A stretch of 64,000 nt of DNA, from positions 139,722 to 203,721 of the forward strand of contig CAVYSY010000044.1 in the NCBI GenBank assembly GCA_963771175.1, in the 5' to 3' direction. Below the pieces are notes generated by a model. The model saw only the letters and a program-made list of their open reading frames with translations. It was not told the origin of the DNA and did no database searches. A program made the position numbers and the translations under genes. Positions 11,243-25,566 of the stretch are shown here, piece after piece; positions within the stretch are counted from its first letter, which is position 1, and each line of letters starts with the position of its first letter. The DNA is from an uncultured delta proteobacterium. Lineage in GTDB: Bacteria > Myxococcota > Myxococcia > Myxococcales > Myxococcaceae.

Positions 11243-11548
11243 ATGCGGAAGACATTCACGCTGCTGCTGTGCCTGCTGTCGGCGGGCTGCGTCACGGCGC
11301 AGGCCACGACGGGCTCGGTGCCGAAGGAGCGCGCCACCGAGTGCGTGGCGCACTGCGCGGCGTTGGACATGAAGCTGGCGGCGGTGGTCATCATCCGCAG
11401 CTCGGCCGGGTGCGTGTGCGAGCCGAAGGACGCGCAGGGGGGTGTGTCGAGCGGCACGGCGGCGGCCGCGGGGGGAGCGCTCATCGAGGAGGAGGCGTCC
11501 CAGCAGCAGGCGGCGCAGCAGCGGGCCAGCTACGCGAGCGGCCATTAG
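11243..11548 (+). CDS. Small Cys-rich lipoprotein, hypothetical
   Basis: MRKTFTLLLCLLSAGC lipobox; GAAGGA upstream. Confidence 0.65.
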   Translation: MRKTFTLLLCLLSAGCVTAQATTGSVPKERATECVAHCAALDMKLAAVVIIRSSAGCVCEPKDAQGGVSSGTAAAAGGALIEEEASQQQAAQQRASYASGH

Positions 11549-11773
11549 GCCCACCGACGGGAACACGCCCGAGCATGGGCCTGAAACCATCCGAGGAGAC
11601 AGTCGCCCGTGAGTGCACCCGGGCCACGACACCGGGACGGAGGTAACCTTTCCCGTTGTCCAGGGCTACACAACATCCCAAGTAGGGCGTAATCTGTCCG
11701 TATGAACCCTGGAGCCAGCGAGACTCCCTGGAGCCCACTTGAAGAGGCACGCCCGGCTGCTCATGCTCGGAAC

Positions 11774-12331
<558 letters not shown>

Positions 12332-12340
12332 GCCCGGGAC

Positions 12341-12925
<585 letters not shown>

Positions 12926-13000
12926 CCCGTGAGGCCGGTCGAACCTTCGTGGTACACCGCCCGCGTCTGACGCCGAGGTGGGCACCCTTCAAGGAACGAC

Positions 13001-14392
13001 ATGGCCACGAAAGCTCGGGGAAAAGCACAGCAGGCGAAGCGGGTGACGAGTCCGGCGCGCACAAGCAGCCCGCCGTCTCCGCCCGTGTACTTCCTCTCAT
13101 TGACCCTTGAGAACGTGCGCTGCTTCGGGCCCAAGCAGACCCTGCAGCTCTCCGATGGTGAGGGACGCCCGGCGAGATGGACGGTGATTCTCGGCAACAA
13201 CGGCATGGGCAAGACGACCCTGCTGCAGGCCCTCACCACCTTTGAACCTGTTGTGCTTGGACGAGCAGTCTGACGGGACCCCCCACTACGTGCCCAAGGG
13301 GTCATCCAGCACACTCGCTTGTCCTGGTCTCCGATTCGTCATCTAAGCGGATGACGCCCGCACTTTCCGTCGTGCTCACGGCTGGGACAGGCCGATGGCC
13401 GAGGGAGCCGAACAGGCATCGCAGAGCACCATCGTTATTCATTGACGGCCAACGAAAAGGGTCCACTGCCAGAGGGATTCAAGAGCCCTTCATCAATTTG
13501 GTGTGTTACGGCTATGGAGCAACTCGCCGGATGGGGGCTGGCTCATTGTCCGCCCCGAAAGAGTCCCAGCCCAGCGACAGCCTCTTCTTCGAAGATGTAC
13601 CGCTGAGGAACGCGGAAGAGTGGCTCCTGCAAGCCGACTACGCGGCCAGCAAGGAGTCTCCCGAACAGGTCAAGCAGCCACGGAGAGGCGCGACCGTATC
13701 AAGCAACTCCTGATCGACCTGCTCCCGGAGGTGAGCGACCTTCGCTTCGCGCCTCCCGATGCGAGCGAATCCCTGCGGCCCGGGTGGAGGTACAGACCCC
13801 CTACGGCTGGGTCGCGATGCGGAGCTTGAGCCTGGGATACCGAACACTCATCGCCTGGATGGTGGACCTCGCGAGCCGTCTGTTCGAGCGCTACCCCGAC
13901 AGTCCCAACCCGCTGGCCGAGCCGGCGGTCGTGCTCGTCGATGAAATCGACCTCCACCTGCATCCGAAGTGGCAGCGCCAGCTCATCGGCTATCTGACCG
14001 AGCGTTTCCCCAATACCCAGTTCATCGTGACCGCGCACAGTCCGCTCGTCGTGCAGAGCGCCACGGATGCGAACATCGTGGTCCTGCGGCGCGAGGGTGA
14101 CCACGTCGTCATCGACAACGACGTGGAATCCATCCGAGGCTGGCGGGTGGATCAAATCCTCACGAGCGACCTGTTCGGATTGGAGACGGCTCGGCCGCCC
14201 CAGATCGAGGAACTCCTCAAGGAGCGAACCGCGCTCCTTTCCAAGCCCCGCCTGACCACCAAGGACAAGGCCAGACTGCGCGAACTGGAATCCGCTATCG
14301 GGCCTCTGCCCACGGGTGAGACGAAGACCGAACGAGAGGCGCTCGAACTCATCCAGCGCGCCGCCGCGCGCCTGAAGGACGAACGAAAGTGA
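13001..14392 (+). CDS. AAA/ABC-type ATPase, PtuA (Septu)-like, frameshifted
   Basis: LENVRCF, Walker A GNNGMGKTT, YGYGATRR, LSLGYRT signature, Walker B LVDEIDLHLHPKWQ, TAHSP. Confidence 0.82.
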
Positions 14393-15131
14393 TTCGCGTC
14401 CGCAAGCCGGCCGAGCCGCCCGAGGTCCTTCGCACGAAAGGAGCCCGCTCCCGGCGTGCCCTGAGCGCGGCGTACTCGCGTGCCTCTCGGGGCTACGAGA
14501 CCGGCGAAGAAGTCCTTCGAGTTCGACTCGGCCATCTACGCCCATGCGGACGTCAAGCAGTCGCTCCGGGAGGCCCAGCACGACAAGTGCGCCTTCTGCG
14601 AATCGAAGTTCGCCCACATCTCCTACGGAGACGTCGAGCACTTCCGTCCCAAGGCGGGGTGGCGCCAGGAGGAAGGAGAGCCACTCAGTCGGCCCGGCTA
14701 TTACTGGCTCACCTACGAGTGGTCGAATCTGTTCCTGTCCTGCACGCTCTGCAATCAGCAGTTCAAGAGGAACCTCTTCCCGCTACAGACGCCCGCTCGT
14801 CGGGCTCGGAGCCATAAGGACGATGTGATGGCGGAAGACCCGCTGCTGCTCGATCCAGCAGTGGACGTCCCCGAAGCCTTCATTTCGTTCCGGGAAGAAG
14901 TGCCATACGCGGTGGATGGCAACGCACGCGGAGAGGCGACGATTCGCATCCTGGGGCTCCGGCGCCCGGAGACTGGCCGAGCAACGGAGGGAGCGCCTGG
15001 GCTATGTGAAGGCGCTCCAGAATCTCGTCCGACTCAATGGCCCAGAGGCCGCGGAGGCCCAGGAACTGCTCCAGCACATGCAGCGGGATTCAGCGGCGTA
15101 TGCCGCGATGAGTCGCGCCTTCCTGCGCTGA
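14389..15131 (+). CDS. HNH endonuclease, PtuB-like, frameshifted
   Basis: KCAFCES, DVEHFRPK, NLFLSCTLCN; GTGA overlap with the ATPase stop. Confidence 0.82.
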
Positions 15132-15140
15132 GGACCTCCT

Positions 15141-15205
15141 GAAACACGAAAGGTGAGAACCGCCGCGACCCGAGAGGCCGCGCGACCCTCACCCCGTGCC
15201 TCTCC
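15141..15205 (+). repeat. REP-like hairpin repeat, direct copy 1
   Basis: GAAACACGAA.GGTGAG...CGCGACCCGAG.GGCCGCGCGACCCTCACCCCG..GCCTCTCC; repeated at 16703. Confidence 0.75.
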
Positions 15206-15210
15206 ACGGC

Positions 15211-15696
15211 TCACCGGAATGAATCGACCACGAAGATGGAGGCGTTGGAGTACTCGATGATGGCCGTCCCGGGCTTCGACTCGGGGCGCTTCTTGAAATG
15301 CTCCCCGAACCGGGCGACCGCGCAAATGGGCACGGTGTCTCCGTCCGGGGGCTTCGCTTCGTAGTACCGGACGACCACCAGCGGTCCACTCGTCCACACC
15401 CGCCCGTAAAGCCGTGTGGCGGGTTCGAGCGTGCCCAGCGAGCCGTCGAGGAAGCTCTCGACGGGCCCGTCATAGAGCGTGATGGGGCTCATGTCGATCT
15501 GGTTGGCGTCGAGCTCCACGTCGGAGGCATCACTGACGTGCATCCGAAGAATCCGCATCGTCTTCAGGGCTTCTTCCGAGCACTTCTCCGGTCCGGGGCT
15601 GCCATCCGCCCTCAGGGACACGCCCGCCGAAGGGCAGCCCAGGGTCGCAAGAGGCAGGACGAGGAAGGGGAGTAGACGTGCTCTAGTCGATGGCAT
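15211..15696 (-). CDS. Hypothetical lipoprotein resembling the C-terminal domain of DUF2381-linked myxobacterial Ser/Thr kinases
   Basis: TLGC lipobox; DGPVES, TRLYGRVWT, VPICAVA segments; co-oriented with the DUF2381 gene. Confidence 0.6.
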   Translation of the reverse strand: MPSTRARLLPFLVLPLATLGCPSAGVSLRADGSPGPEKCSEEALKTMRILRMHVSDASDVELDANQIDMSPITLYDGPVESFLDGSLGTLEPATRLYGRVWTSGPLVVVRYYEAKPPDGDTVPICAVARFGEHFKKRPESKPGTAIIEYSNASIFVVDSFR

Positions 15697-15707
15697 GATG
15701 GGGGCTC

Positions 15708-16656
15708 CTACTCGCGCACGAGGCGTTCATCGAGAAGAACGTAGGCCTGCCTCCAGCCGTCCTCGCGGTAGATTTCCAAGAGCAGCCTAGCGCTCCCGAT
15801 CTCCGTCTTGAAGGCGCTTCCGTCCACCACGACGGCCACATGCCCGGTCTCGCCAGGGGCGATCTCGTCCCGGTCCGCGCGCAAGGCGAACTGCTGCTTG
15901 TCACCGAACACATAGGGCTCGCGGCTCCTCTCCCGGGCGAATCGTCACCAGGCGAGCCTCCCGCAGGCTCCACGGCTTCGAGGGGTTATCGTTCGTCACC
16001 GTGAACAGGACCGCGGCCTTCGCCTTGCCCGCGTAGACCTGGACCACCGTTGTCACGCCCTCTTCATCCTTCATCACGCGCTTCCCGCGTAGCTTGAACG
16101 GGGTCTGCGTGATGGCACCGGAAGCCAGGAGCTTCGCGAGCGCATGGTCTGGCGTGTCCTGCCGATAGAACCGGCGCACATCCTCCCGGAGAGCGTCTTC
16201 CCGCGCGCGGGCGTTCTTGAGCTGGTCCTGGAGCGCCTCGCGGGTATCCGGCTCGAGGAAGACGTTCACCTGTTGGTCTGGCCACTGCCCTTCCTCCCGC
16301 GTGGCCCCCACGAGGGTGAAGGGCACCTCGGTCCCATCCGCGAGCATCACCACCAGGATGAATCGGTCCTCGGGCTCGAGGGGCTGCAGCGGCTCGACGA
16401 GCACCCTCTTGCCGGCACACGCCACCGGCTCGAAGCGGCCTTCCCAGCCCAGCATCCGGGTTCCCGCCGCGACACAGGGTTGCTGAAACCGGAGCACGGT
16501 GGCCGCTTCGGGAGTCACGTACAACCGCTCGACCCGCTCATCCTGGCGACCGAAAACGTAGGCGCTCCGCACGTTGACCTCGCGTCCACGAGCGACGGCC
16601 ACGGACGCCATGAGGACGACCAGCAGGGCAGACCGGAGAGGTAAGGAGTCCCACAT
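15708..16656 (-). CDS. DUF2381 family protein (myxobacterial paralogous family), frameshift near 15905
   Basis: ATVLRF, WEGRFEP, LADGTEVPF, DQQVNV, DHALAKLL, IAPGETGHVAVVVD pattern. Confidence 0.75.
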
Positions 16657-16702
16657 ACGCGGGCCAACCTATCCGATGGTGCGAACAAACCTCCAGCCCC
16701 CG

Positions 16703-16781
16703 GAAACACGAAGGGTGAGGGCCCTCGCGACCCGAGTGGCCGCGCGACCCTCACCCCGATGCCTCTCCCGAGAGGAGAGGG
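16703..16781 (+). repeat. REP-like hairpin repeat, direct copy 2 (CCCTCACCCC...CTCTCCC...GGAGAGGG type)
   Basis: Homolog of 15141-15205 with complete terminal hairpin. Confidence 0.75.
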
Positions 16782-16788
16782 AAAGCGC

Positions 16789-19620
<2,832 letters not shown>

Positions 19621-19786
19621 GCGGGAGACCTGCTTGCGCGAAGGGTTCCGGGACTGCGAGCAGAAGCTACCAACCGGGCATGCCCGGGTCGTGTTCCCGA
19701 CGAGCGGAAGTGACGGCGAAAAAGCCCGGGGCTGAACGAAGCGGGGGGAGGACGTCGGGCAGGAGACCGCTCGGGCGGGGCGGTGC

Positions 19787-20290
19787 ATGCTCCCTGGGCA
19801 TAAGAGACGCCTTCTGTTGCTGCGCATGACCCTGGCGCTGTGCTTCGTGGTGCCCACCTCGTGCGCCACGTCTCGGGCCGTCGCCCCTGATGGCGAGCGA
19901 GCCCGCGCGGAGCCCAAGCGGGTGAGGGTCGACGAGCTGTCGGGAGACCGGCTGCGGCTCTCCTTCGAGCCGGTGGCACCCGACCCATCTCTGGAGGTGC
20001 TGTGCCTGGAGGAATCAAAGGAGGTGCTCGTGCTCCTGCACGAGTCCCTGCCCCAGTGGGAACTGCACTTGCGAGAGGAGTACCTCTTCCGTTTCGGCGA
20101 TGCTGTTCACCAAGGCCTTCGTGGTGGCGCTCACGGTGCGACTGTCATTGTTGGTGGGCGCACTGGAGCTCACCCAACTGGCCCGAGCATGCCTGCGCCT
20201 GTACCAGGAGGCCGAGGCCGCGCGGACGGTGCAGGAATTGGAAGCAGCGACGGAACACTTCGGCAAGGCACTGGGAGGCGCGGCGCGCAT
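19787..20290 (+). pseudogene. Internally deleted copy of the AHH-type lipoprotein toxin N-terminus
   Basis: Near-identical to the 42744 gene (LALCFVVPTSCATSRAV, LFTKAFVVALTVRLSLL) but with internal deletions and no toxin domain. Confidence 0.75.
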
Positions 20291-20352
20291 GGAAGACGAT
20301 GGCTCCATCAACCAGCCGGTCCAAATCTCCATCAACAAGCGTGCGCGGTAAC

Positions 20353-20575
20353 ACTCAAGCGTACTCCGCGACCTTTGGGACATGCCTCAACGCGCCAGGC
20401 CCTGCGGGAGTTGCGCGAGCAGTACCGTGCTTTCGTCTCGACATTCCGAGAAGCCGCAGCGCGCTGGCGGCAGGGGGACTTCTCGGCCCGCCTCCCCCTC
20501 TACGCCTTCCCGCCGCGCACCTTGCCCGGTCACGTTGCTCGAGTTCTTTGACACCATTCCCGACACCATTCCCGA
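20353..20575 (+). mobile_element. RAYT 3' fragment with right end and GACACCATTCCC x2
   Basis: Near-identical to 36844-37050; TCGAGTTCTTTGACACC at 20539-20555. Confidence 0.9.
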
Positions 20576-20784
20576 GACCGCCGCCCATCCAACTCCTCCT
20601 CGCCCCGCCGGAAGGTGCGCTCGGCCCCACCCCATACGCAACTCCTTGAAAACGCGCGCACGCATTCCCGGCCCGATTGAACGCCATACATTTCCGGTGC
20701 CAGCCATCGCATATCTGGATTCGCACAGCCGGAGGCGATGGCGGCGTAGCTTCACCGGGCACACCCACCATGGAGGTAGCGACC

Positions 20785-20897
20785 CTCCACCAGGAGCGCC
20801 GCGGCACCGATGGCAGCCCCCCCGCGTCCATGCGAAGCTGCGCGCACGGGGCCGTCGCATCTCCGAGAAGCGCGTCGCTCGCCTGATGCGGCAGGGG
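20785..20897 (+). mobile_element. IS3-family transposase fragment
   Basis: HQERRGT.GS.PRVHAKLRARG...KRVARLMRQ, an IS3 OrfB HTH segment. Confidence 0.65.
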
Positions 20898-20937
20898 GCC
20901 GGCAGCACGCGGAAGGCGCCCGGAATAAATACGTTAT

Positions 20938-21030
20938 GCCGGATTAAAGGCACCTCCAATGGGCTAGATAAACCAGTTTACCGGATTAAAAAGCGCTGCT
21001 GGCGCGATTTAAATCCGTTATAAAGGATTA
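20938..21030. promoter_or_regulatory. Putative operator/promoter of hipA-HTH operon
   Basis: AT-rich; CCGGATTAAA twice, inverted TTTAAATCCG, and GGATTA just before the ATG. Confidence 0.5.
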
Positions 21031-21031
21031 T

Positions 21032-22318
21032 ATGGAGCTCCATCTCCAGGCGCTGATCGACGGGTCGTGGCAGCGGGCAGCGCTGCTTGAGTTCCCTACG
21101 GTCAGGGAGGATCGACGCGGAGGATGCACCTTCGAGTACGAGCACGAGTACCTGCTTCGGTGGATCGCCGACCCGCCGCCGCTTGCGGCGGTAAGTCTCA
21201 ATCTACCGGTCGAGTTCGGCCCCAAGGTCTGGCGCCGTTGGCCGGCGTTCCTCGATGACCTGCGACCGATGGGGAGTGCCCGTGGCTGGTGGCTGCGGCG
21301 ACTGGACCTCGCGGATGAGGCGGCGAGTGACTTCGAAATCCTGCGGAGTGGCACGATTGCGCCGGTCGGCAATCTTCGAATCGAGGAGTCGGTTCCCGCG
21401 AAGAAGGAACCTCCCAAGCGGTTCCCTCGCCAGGTCGTCATCGACCGCGAGAACGCCTTCATCGAGTACGCCGCCAAGGCCGGCGCGCAGGTCGGAGGCG
21501 CGACAGGTGCCGGCGGCGATTCGCCGAAGCTCCTGCTCCGCTGCGACGCCGCGGAGCAGGTGTGGATCGACGTCTGGCAGGATGACCCCGCCTGTCCAGA
21601 TCGGCATTACCTCGTCAAGTTCGCGCGCAGCCGCAGCGAACGCGACCGAAACATCCTTCGGTCGGAGTACGTGTATTACAAAGCGCTCGCAGAGCTCGGA
21701 GTCGAAACCATTGCGCAAGAAGGGCTCGCGCTTCACGAAGGCCCCTCGGGCCCGAGCCTCTGGCTTCCCCGCTTTGACGTCGCGCGCCGAGACGGCCGCG
21801 AAATCCGGTACGGACTCGAGTCCCTCTACTCGCTGCTCAAGGCTGAGCCAGGCTCTTTCCAGAAGCATCAAGCGGCATTGAGTGCACTGAAAGACGTCGT
21901 TCCCGCGACGGTTTGGCCGACGGTGCGCCTCGAGTACCTGAAGCGCGACCTGCTGAATCTGGTGTTCGGCAACTCGGACAACCACTGCAGGAACATCGCC
22001 GTGCTCAAGACGGACAGTACCGTCCGCCTCGCGCCCATCTTCGACTTCGCGCCGATGAGGATGGACCTCGAAGGAATCACCCGCACCACGACGTGGGAAG
22101 GGTACGAAGCCGGCGGAGATGTCGACTGGGATGGGCTCCTTCGAAGCTTCGGCCCAGATGAGACGTCGTTGCGCGAGGGCCTCCACGACCTCGCTTTGCG
22201 CCTTCGCAATCTCCGCGAGCTCCTCGCGAACCTCAGGCTGCCGGATGAAACGCTGAATTTCGCGGGGCTGGACTTCCGCAGCATCGAGAAGCGCCTCCGC
22301 ACGTGGAGTCTCCTATGA
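21032..22318 (+). CDS. hipA: HipA-family Ser/Thr kinase toxin
   Basis: N-terminal coupling domain (SLNLP, PAFLDDLRP), GATGAGGDSPK loop, LVKF, LPRFD, GNSDNH.RN, LAPIFDF. Confidence 0.88.
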   Translation: MELHLQALIDGSWQRAALLEFPTVREDRRGGCTFEYEHEYLLRWIADPPPLAAVSLNLPVEFGPKVWRRWPAFLDDLRPMGSARGWWLRRLDLADEAASDFEILRSGTIAPVGNLRIEESVPAKKEPPKRFPRQVVIDRENAFIEYAAKAGAQVGGATGAGGDSPKLLLRCDAAEQVWIDVWQDDPACPDRHYLVKFARSRSERDRNILRSEYVYYKALAELGVETIAQEGLALHEGPSGPSLWLPRFDVARRDGREIRYGLESLYSLLKAEPGSFQKHQAALSALKDVVPATVWPTVRLEYLKRDLLNLVFGNSDNHCRNIAVLKTDSTVRLAPIFDFAPMRMDLEGITRTTTWEGYEAGGDVDWDGLLRSFGPDETSLREGLHDLALRLRNLRELLANLRLPDETLNFAGLDFRSIEKRLRTWSLL

Positions 22319-22707
22319 AGCGCGCCGACGTCGCCCGATTGACTGCGCTCGAACGCAAGGCGCTGCTGGAAGAGCTCGCTGCTATGGTCGCCACCGGAGA
22401 GTTCGGCCTCGGAGACGCCTCGCGCATCCTCCGCAGCACGATGCTGGGGATGGACCGGAAGACCTTCGCACAAGCCGTGAGGCTCTCCACCAGCGTCGTA
22501 GCGACGCTCGAGGACGATCCGAACGCGAACCCGACGCTCGAAACGCTCAACAAGGTCTTCGCGCCGTTCGGCGGAAAGGTCGCGTTGTCGTTTCCCCGCC
22601 TCGAAGAGCCACCGCCGCCCGACGATGCAGAGAGGCAGCGGCGAGAGATGCTCCGCGCCGCGCTCGCGAAGAGCAGGCGGCAGCGGCGGCGCTCGACAGA
22701 GTCGTAA
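22315..22707 (+). CDS. XRE-family HTH protein, putative antitoxin
   Basis: LRSTMLGMDRKTFAQAV...LEDDPNANPTLETLNKV; ATGA overlap with hipA. Confidence 0.8.
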   Translation: MKRADVARLTALERKALLEELAAMVATGEFGLGDASRILRSTMLGMDRKTFAQAVRLSTSVVATLEDDPNANPTLETLNKVFAPFGGKVALSFPRLEEPPPPDDAERQRREMLRAALAKSRRQRRRSTES

Positions 22708-22734
22708 GACCAGTCACGGCTCCGCTCATCACGG

Positions 22735-22797
22735 CCCGGGAAGGGAAGGGTGTCAAGGGAAGGGTGTCAAGGGAAGGGTGTCAGACACTTTGTACGG
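22735..22797 (+). repeat. RAYT-associated array GGGAAGGGTGTC x3 ending in AGACACTTTGTACGG
   Basis: Same units as the 33297 and 35577 arrays. Confidence 0.9.
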
Positions 22798-23081
22798 CGC
22801 GTCGTCATCCAGGGCTTCAGCGGAGAGTTCCTCGGGGAGTACGAAGTGGACCCCGTGTTCCAGGAGGACATCCGCATCCTCCCGTCACCGTGAGGGCTCC
22901 GCGAAGGGACATGTAACCGCGCACCGTCCTCATCACCGACGACCACGCCCTGGTGGCCCCGTCAACGTTCCCGTCCATAGGAAGCACGCGGCGGGTGCCA
23001 ATGAGCTTCGGAATGCTCGACCAAATTCGGGAACCTTTGGCTCCTCCCGGTGTCTCTGCGGCGACACTCGAGAGGGGGAGC

Positions 23082-25355
23082 ATGGCCATCACACCGGTTC
23101 GCCATCCGTCAGGACCCATTTTTCTAGTCGCACTCATCATGGGACTCGCCGCACGTGCGGCTCCCACGGCCGAGGGCACGCCGGAGCGCGTGGAGGCCAC
23201 TCCCGATGCGCGGCTCGCGGCGCTCTGTCGCGTCTGGGGCGCGGTGGAGCACTTCCATCCGGCCTTGCCCTCTCGGGACATCGACTGGGACGCGGCGCTG
23301 GTGGAGACGGCGCCCCGGGTGATGGAGGCCCGAAACCCCGAAGCCCTCTCCGATACCCTCCAGGGGATGCTCGGCAGGCTCGGGGACCCTGTGACGCGGG
23401 TCGCCCGGCAGGCACCGGCCGCCCCCGCTCCGAGCGCGCAGAGCACGCCCCTCTCTCGGCAGGTGGGGGAGGTGCTCGCGGTGGACCTCGACCGCCGCTT
23501 CGGGAACTTCCAGGAGCTCTACATGGCGGTGTCCTCGCTGGGCCCCGAGCTCGCGAAGGCCCGCCGCGTCGTCGTGGACCTCCGAGCCAGTGGCGCCGAC
23601 GAGGCCATCTGGATGGACCAGGCCCTGGGTTTCCTCGCGGGCGCGCTGCCCTCTGAACCGGTGACCGGCCCGGGTGAGCGGTACCTCCAGCACTCAGGCT
23701 ACCGGATACAATTCGGCGCCACCTCGGGTGGCTACGGCACCACGATGGACCTGAAGCTCGCCGAGGGCTTCGCCTCCGCGCCCGGTGCCCCCCAGCGCTC
23801 CGTGGCCTTCCTCGTCAACGCGCGCACTCCGCTCGTCCCCCTGCTGCTGGCCATGGTGGGCTCCTCCTCCCGCACCTTCCTCGTCGCGCAGGGCGCGCTC
23901 GACGAGAGCTCCGCCGTCAAGACGATGGAGTTGCCCCTCGCCGGTGGCCACCGCGCCGTCGTGCGCACCTCCGAGCTCGTCTTCCCCGAGGGCTCGCAAG
24001 GCCTGCGCGCGGATGTCACCGTGCCCGCGAGTGCCGACGAGGGAGAGCTGGGCCCCGCCTTCCAGGCCGCGCTGAAGCTCGTCCGCACGGGCAAGGCGAA
24101 GACCCCCGCGCGCCATGCCGCACAGCGGGCCGGATTGCCCACGTGGCACGCGGAGGAGACCTACGCGGAGCAGGAGTACCCCTCCCCCGGCCTCAGGACC
24201 CTGGCCGTCTGCCGCTTCTGGAACGTCATGCACTACTTCCACCCGGACCCGAAGGCGCTCGGCGACTGGGACGCGGTGCTGCCCGAGTTCCTCCGCAAGG
24301 CTCGCGAGGCCGCGGATGCCCGCGCATACGCGCTCACGCTCTATGAGCTGTCCGCCCGCGTCCATGACGGCCACATCTTCCTGGCCGAGCGCGGCACCGT
24401 CTTCCGCACGCTGGGCGAGGCGACCGCCCCCATCCTCCCGCGCTACGTGGAGGGCCGCCCCCTGATGACGGAGCTCCTCGATGTCAACGTGACCCGTGAG
24501 GCCGGGCTCGTTGTCGGGGACGAATTGCTCACCGTGGATGGACAGCCCGTGGAGGAGCGGGCCGCTTTCCTCCGGCGCCACCTCGCGGCCTCGACGCCCG
24601 CCGCCCTCTCGTTGAAGGTGGCGGAGATGCTGCTCGCCGGGCCGGATGGCTCGCAGGTCTCGTTGCGCGTCAGGTCCGTGGATGGCGGGCAGAAGGAGGT
24701 GAAGCTGCTCCGCTCCCGCGCCTTCCTCGCGCCCTTCCGGCAGCCCTCCGCCGAGGGCGAGCCCTACCGGACGCTCAAGGGCAACCTCGGCTATGTCGAT
24801 CTGCGGCTGCTCCGGGTGGAGCAGATCGACTCGATGCTGGAGGCCCTGCAGGGGACTCGCGGCATCATCTTCGACATGCGCGGCCAGCCCCAGAGCACGG
24901 CGTGGGAGCTGGCGCGCCGCCTCAACGTGAAGGGCACCGAGCACGCGGCGGTGGTTGCCCGGCCCCTGGTGTCCTCCGGCCAGCGCCGGGAACTGCGGTT
25001 CTCCGACACGGAGCTCTCCCGAGCCCAATCCCCTCGCTACACCGGCCGTACCGTGATGCTCGTGGACGAGCGTGCCTCCAGCCAGGCCGAGTACACCGCC
25101 ATGATGCTCCAGGCCGCCGCGGGCACCCGGCTCGTGGGAGCGCCCACCGCGGGTGCCGTGGGAGACACCACCAACGTGTGCCTGCCTGGGGCCGTCTGCG
25201 TCCTCTTCACGGGCCAGCTCCTGCTCTACCCGGATGGCCGTCCGGTGCAGGGCGTGGGCGTCACTCCAGACGTGGAGGTACGGCCCACCGTGCAGGGAAT
25301 CCTCGCGGGACGAGACGAGGTCCTCGAGCGGGCGATCTCAACGCTTCGCGAGTGA
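23082..25355 (+). CDS. S41 family (tail-specific) peptidase with PDZ-like region
   Basis: VWGAVEHFHP, DGH, IIFDMR, SQAE, GAPTAGAVG, GVGVTPDVEV. Confidence 0.85.
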   Translation: MAITPVRHPSGPIFLVALIMGLAARAAPTAEGTPERVEATPDARLAALCRVWGAVEHFHPALPSRDIDWDAALVETAPRVMEARNPEALSDTLQGMLGRLGDPVTRVARQAPAAPAPSAQSTPLSRQVGEVLAVDLDRRFGNFQELYMAVSSLGPELAKARRVVVDLRASGADEAIWMDQALGFLAGALPSEPVTGPGERYLQHSGYRIQFGATSGGYGTTMDLKLAEGFASAPGAPQRSVAFLVNARTPLVPLLLAMVGSSSRTFLVAQGALDESSAVKTMELPLAGGHRAVVRTSELVFPEGSQGLRADVTVPASADEGELGPAFQAALKLVRTGKAKTPARHAAQRAGLPTWHAEETYAEQEYPSPGLRTLAVCRFWNVMHYFHPDPKALGDWDAVLPEFLRKAREAADARAYALTLYELSARVHDGHIFLAERGTVFRTLGEATAPILPRYVEGRPLMTELLDVNVTREAGLVVGDELLTVDGQPVEERAAFLRRHLAASTPAALSLKVAEMLLAGPDGSQVSLRVRSVDGGQKEVKLLRSRAFLAPFRQPSAEGEPYRTLKGNLGYVDLRLLRVEQIDSMLEALQGTRGIIFDMRGQPQSTAWELARRLNVKGTEHAAVVARPLVSSGQRRELRFSDTELSRAQSPRYTGRTVMLVDERASSQAEYTAMMLQAAAGTRLVGAPTAGAVGDTTNVCLPGAVCVLFTGQLLLYPDGRPVQGVGVTPDVEVRPTVQGILAGRDEVLERAISTLRE

Positions 25356-25481
25356 GACGCGATGTACCGGGGCCCTGGACGTGGTGACAGCGACGTGCCC
25401 GCGGTGCGGGATTTCAGGAAGGCTTTGGGCCCACGAATCGCGCGCTGACCGGCTCTGGCGGTCGAGCAGGTGTTCCGGCAC

Positions 25482-25516
25482 CCCGAAAAGGTGTCCCGAA
25501 AAGGTGTCAGACACTT
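25482..25516 (+). repeat. RAYT-associated variant units CCCGAAAAGGTGT x2 + CAGACACTT
   Basis: Core GGTGTCAGACACTT shared with the arrays. Confidence 0.75.
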
Positions 25517-25522
25517 CGTCTC

Positions 25523-25561
25523 GGCCCCCCTCAACAGGGCTCCCATTCGTCTTATGCTTCG
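25523..25561 (+). repeat. ~39-bp repeat shared with 41663-41701, putative IS91-family end
   Basis: GCCCCCCTCAACAGGGC(T/C)CCCATTCGTCTTATGCTTCG in both places. Confidence 0.7.
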
Positions 25562-25566
25562 CGCGC

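Noticed and set aside
13001..15131. Retron (Ec78-type) system
   Set aside because: No reverse transcriptase (YADD-type motif in an RT context) or msr-msd found nearby.
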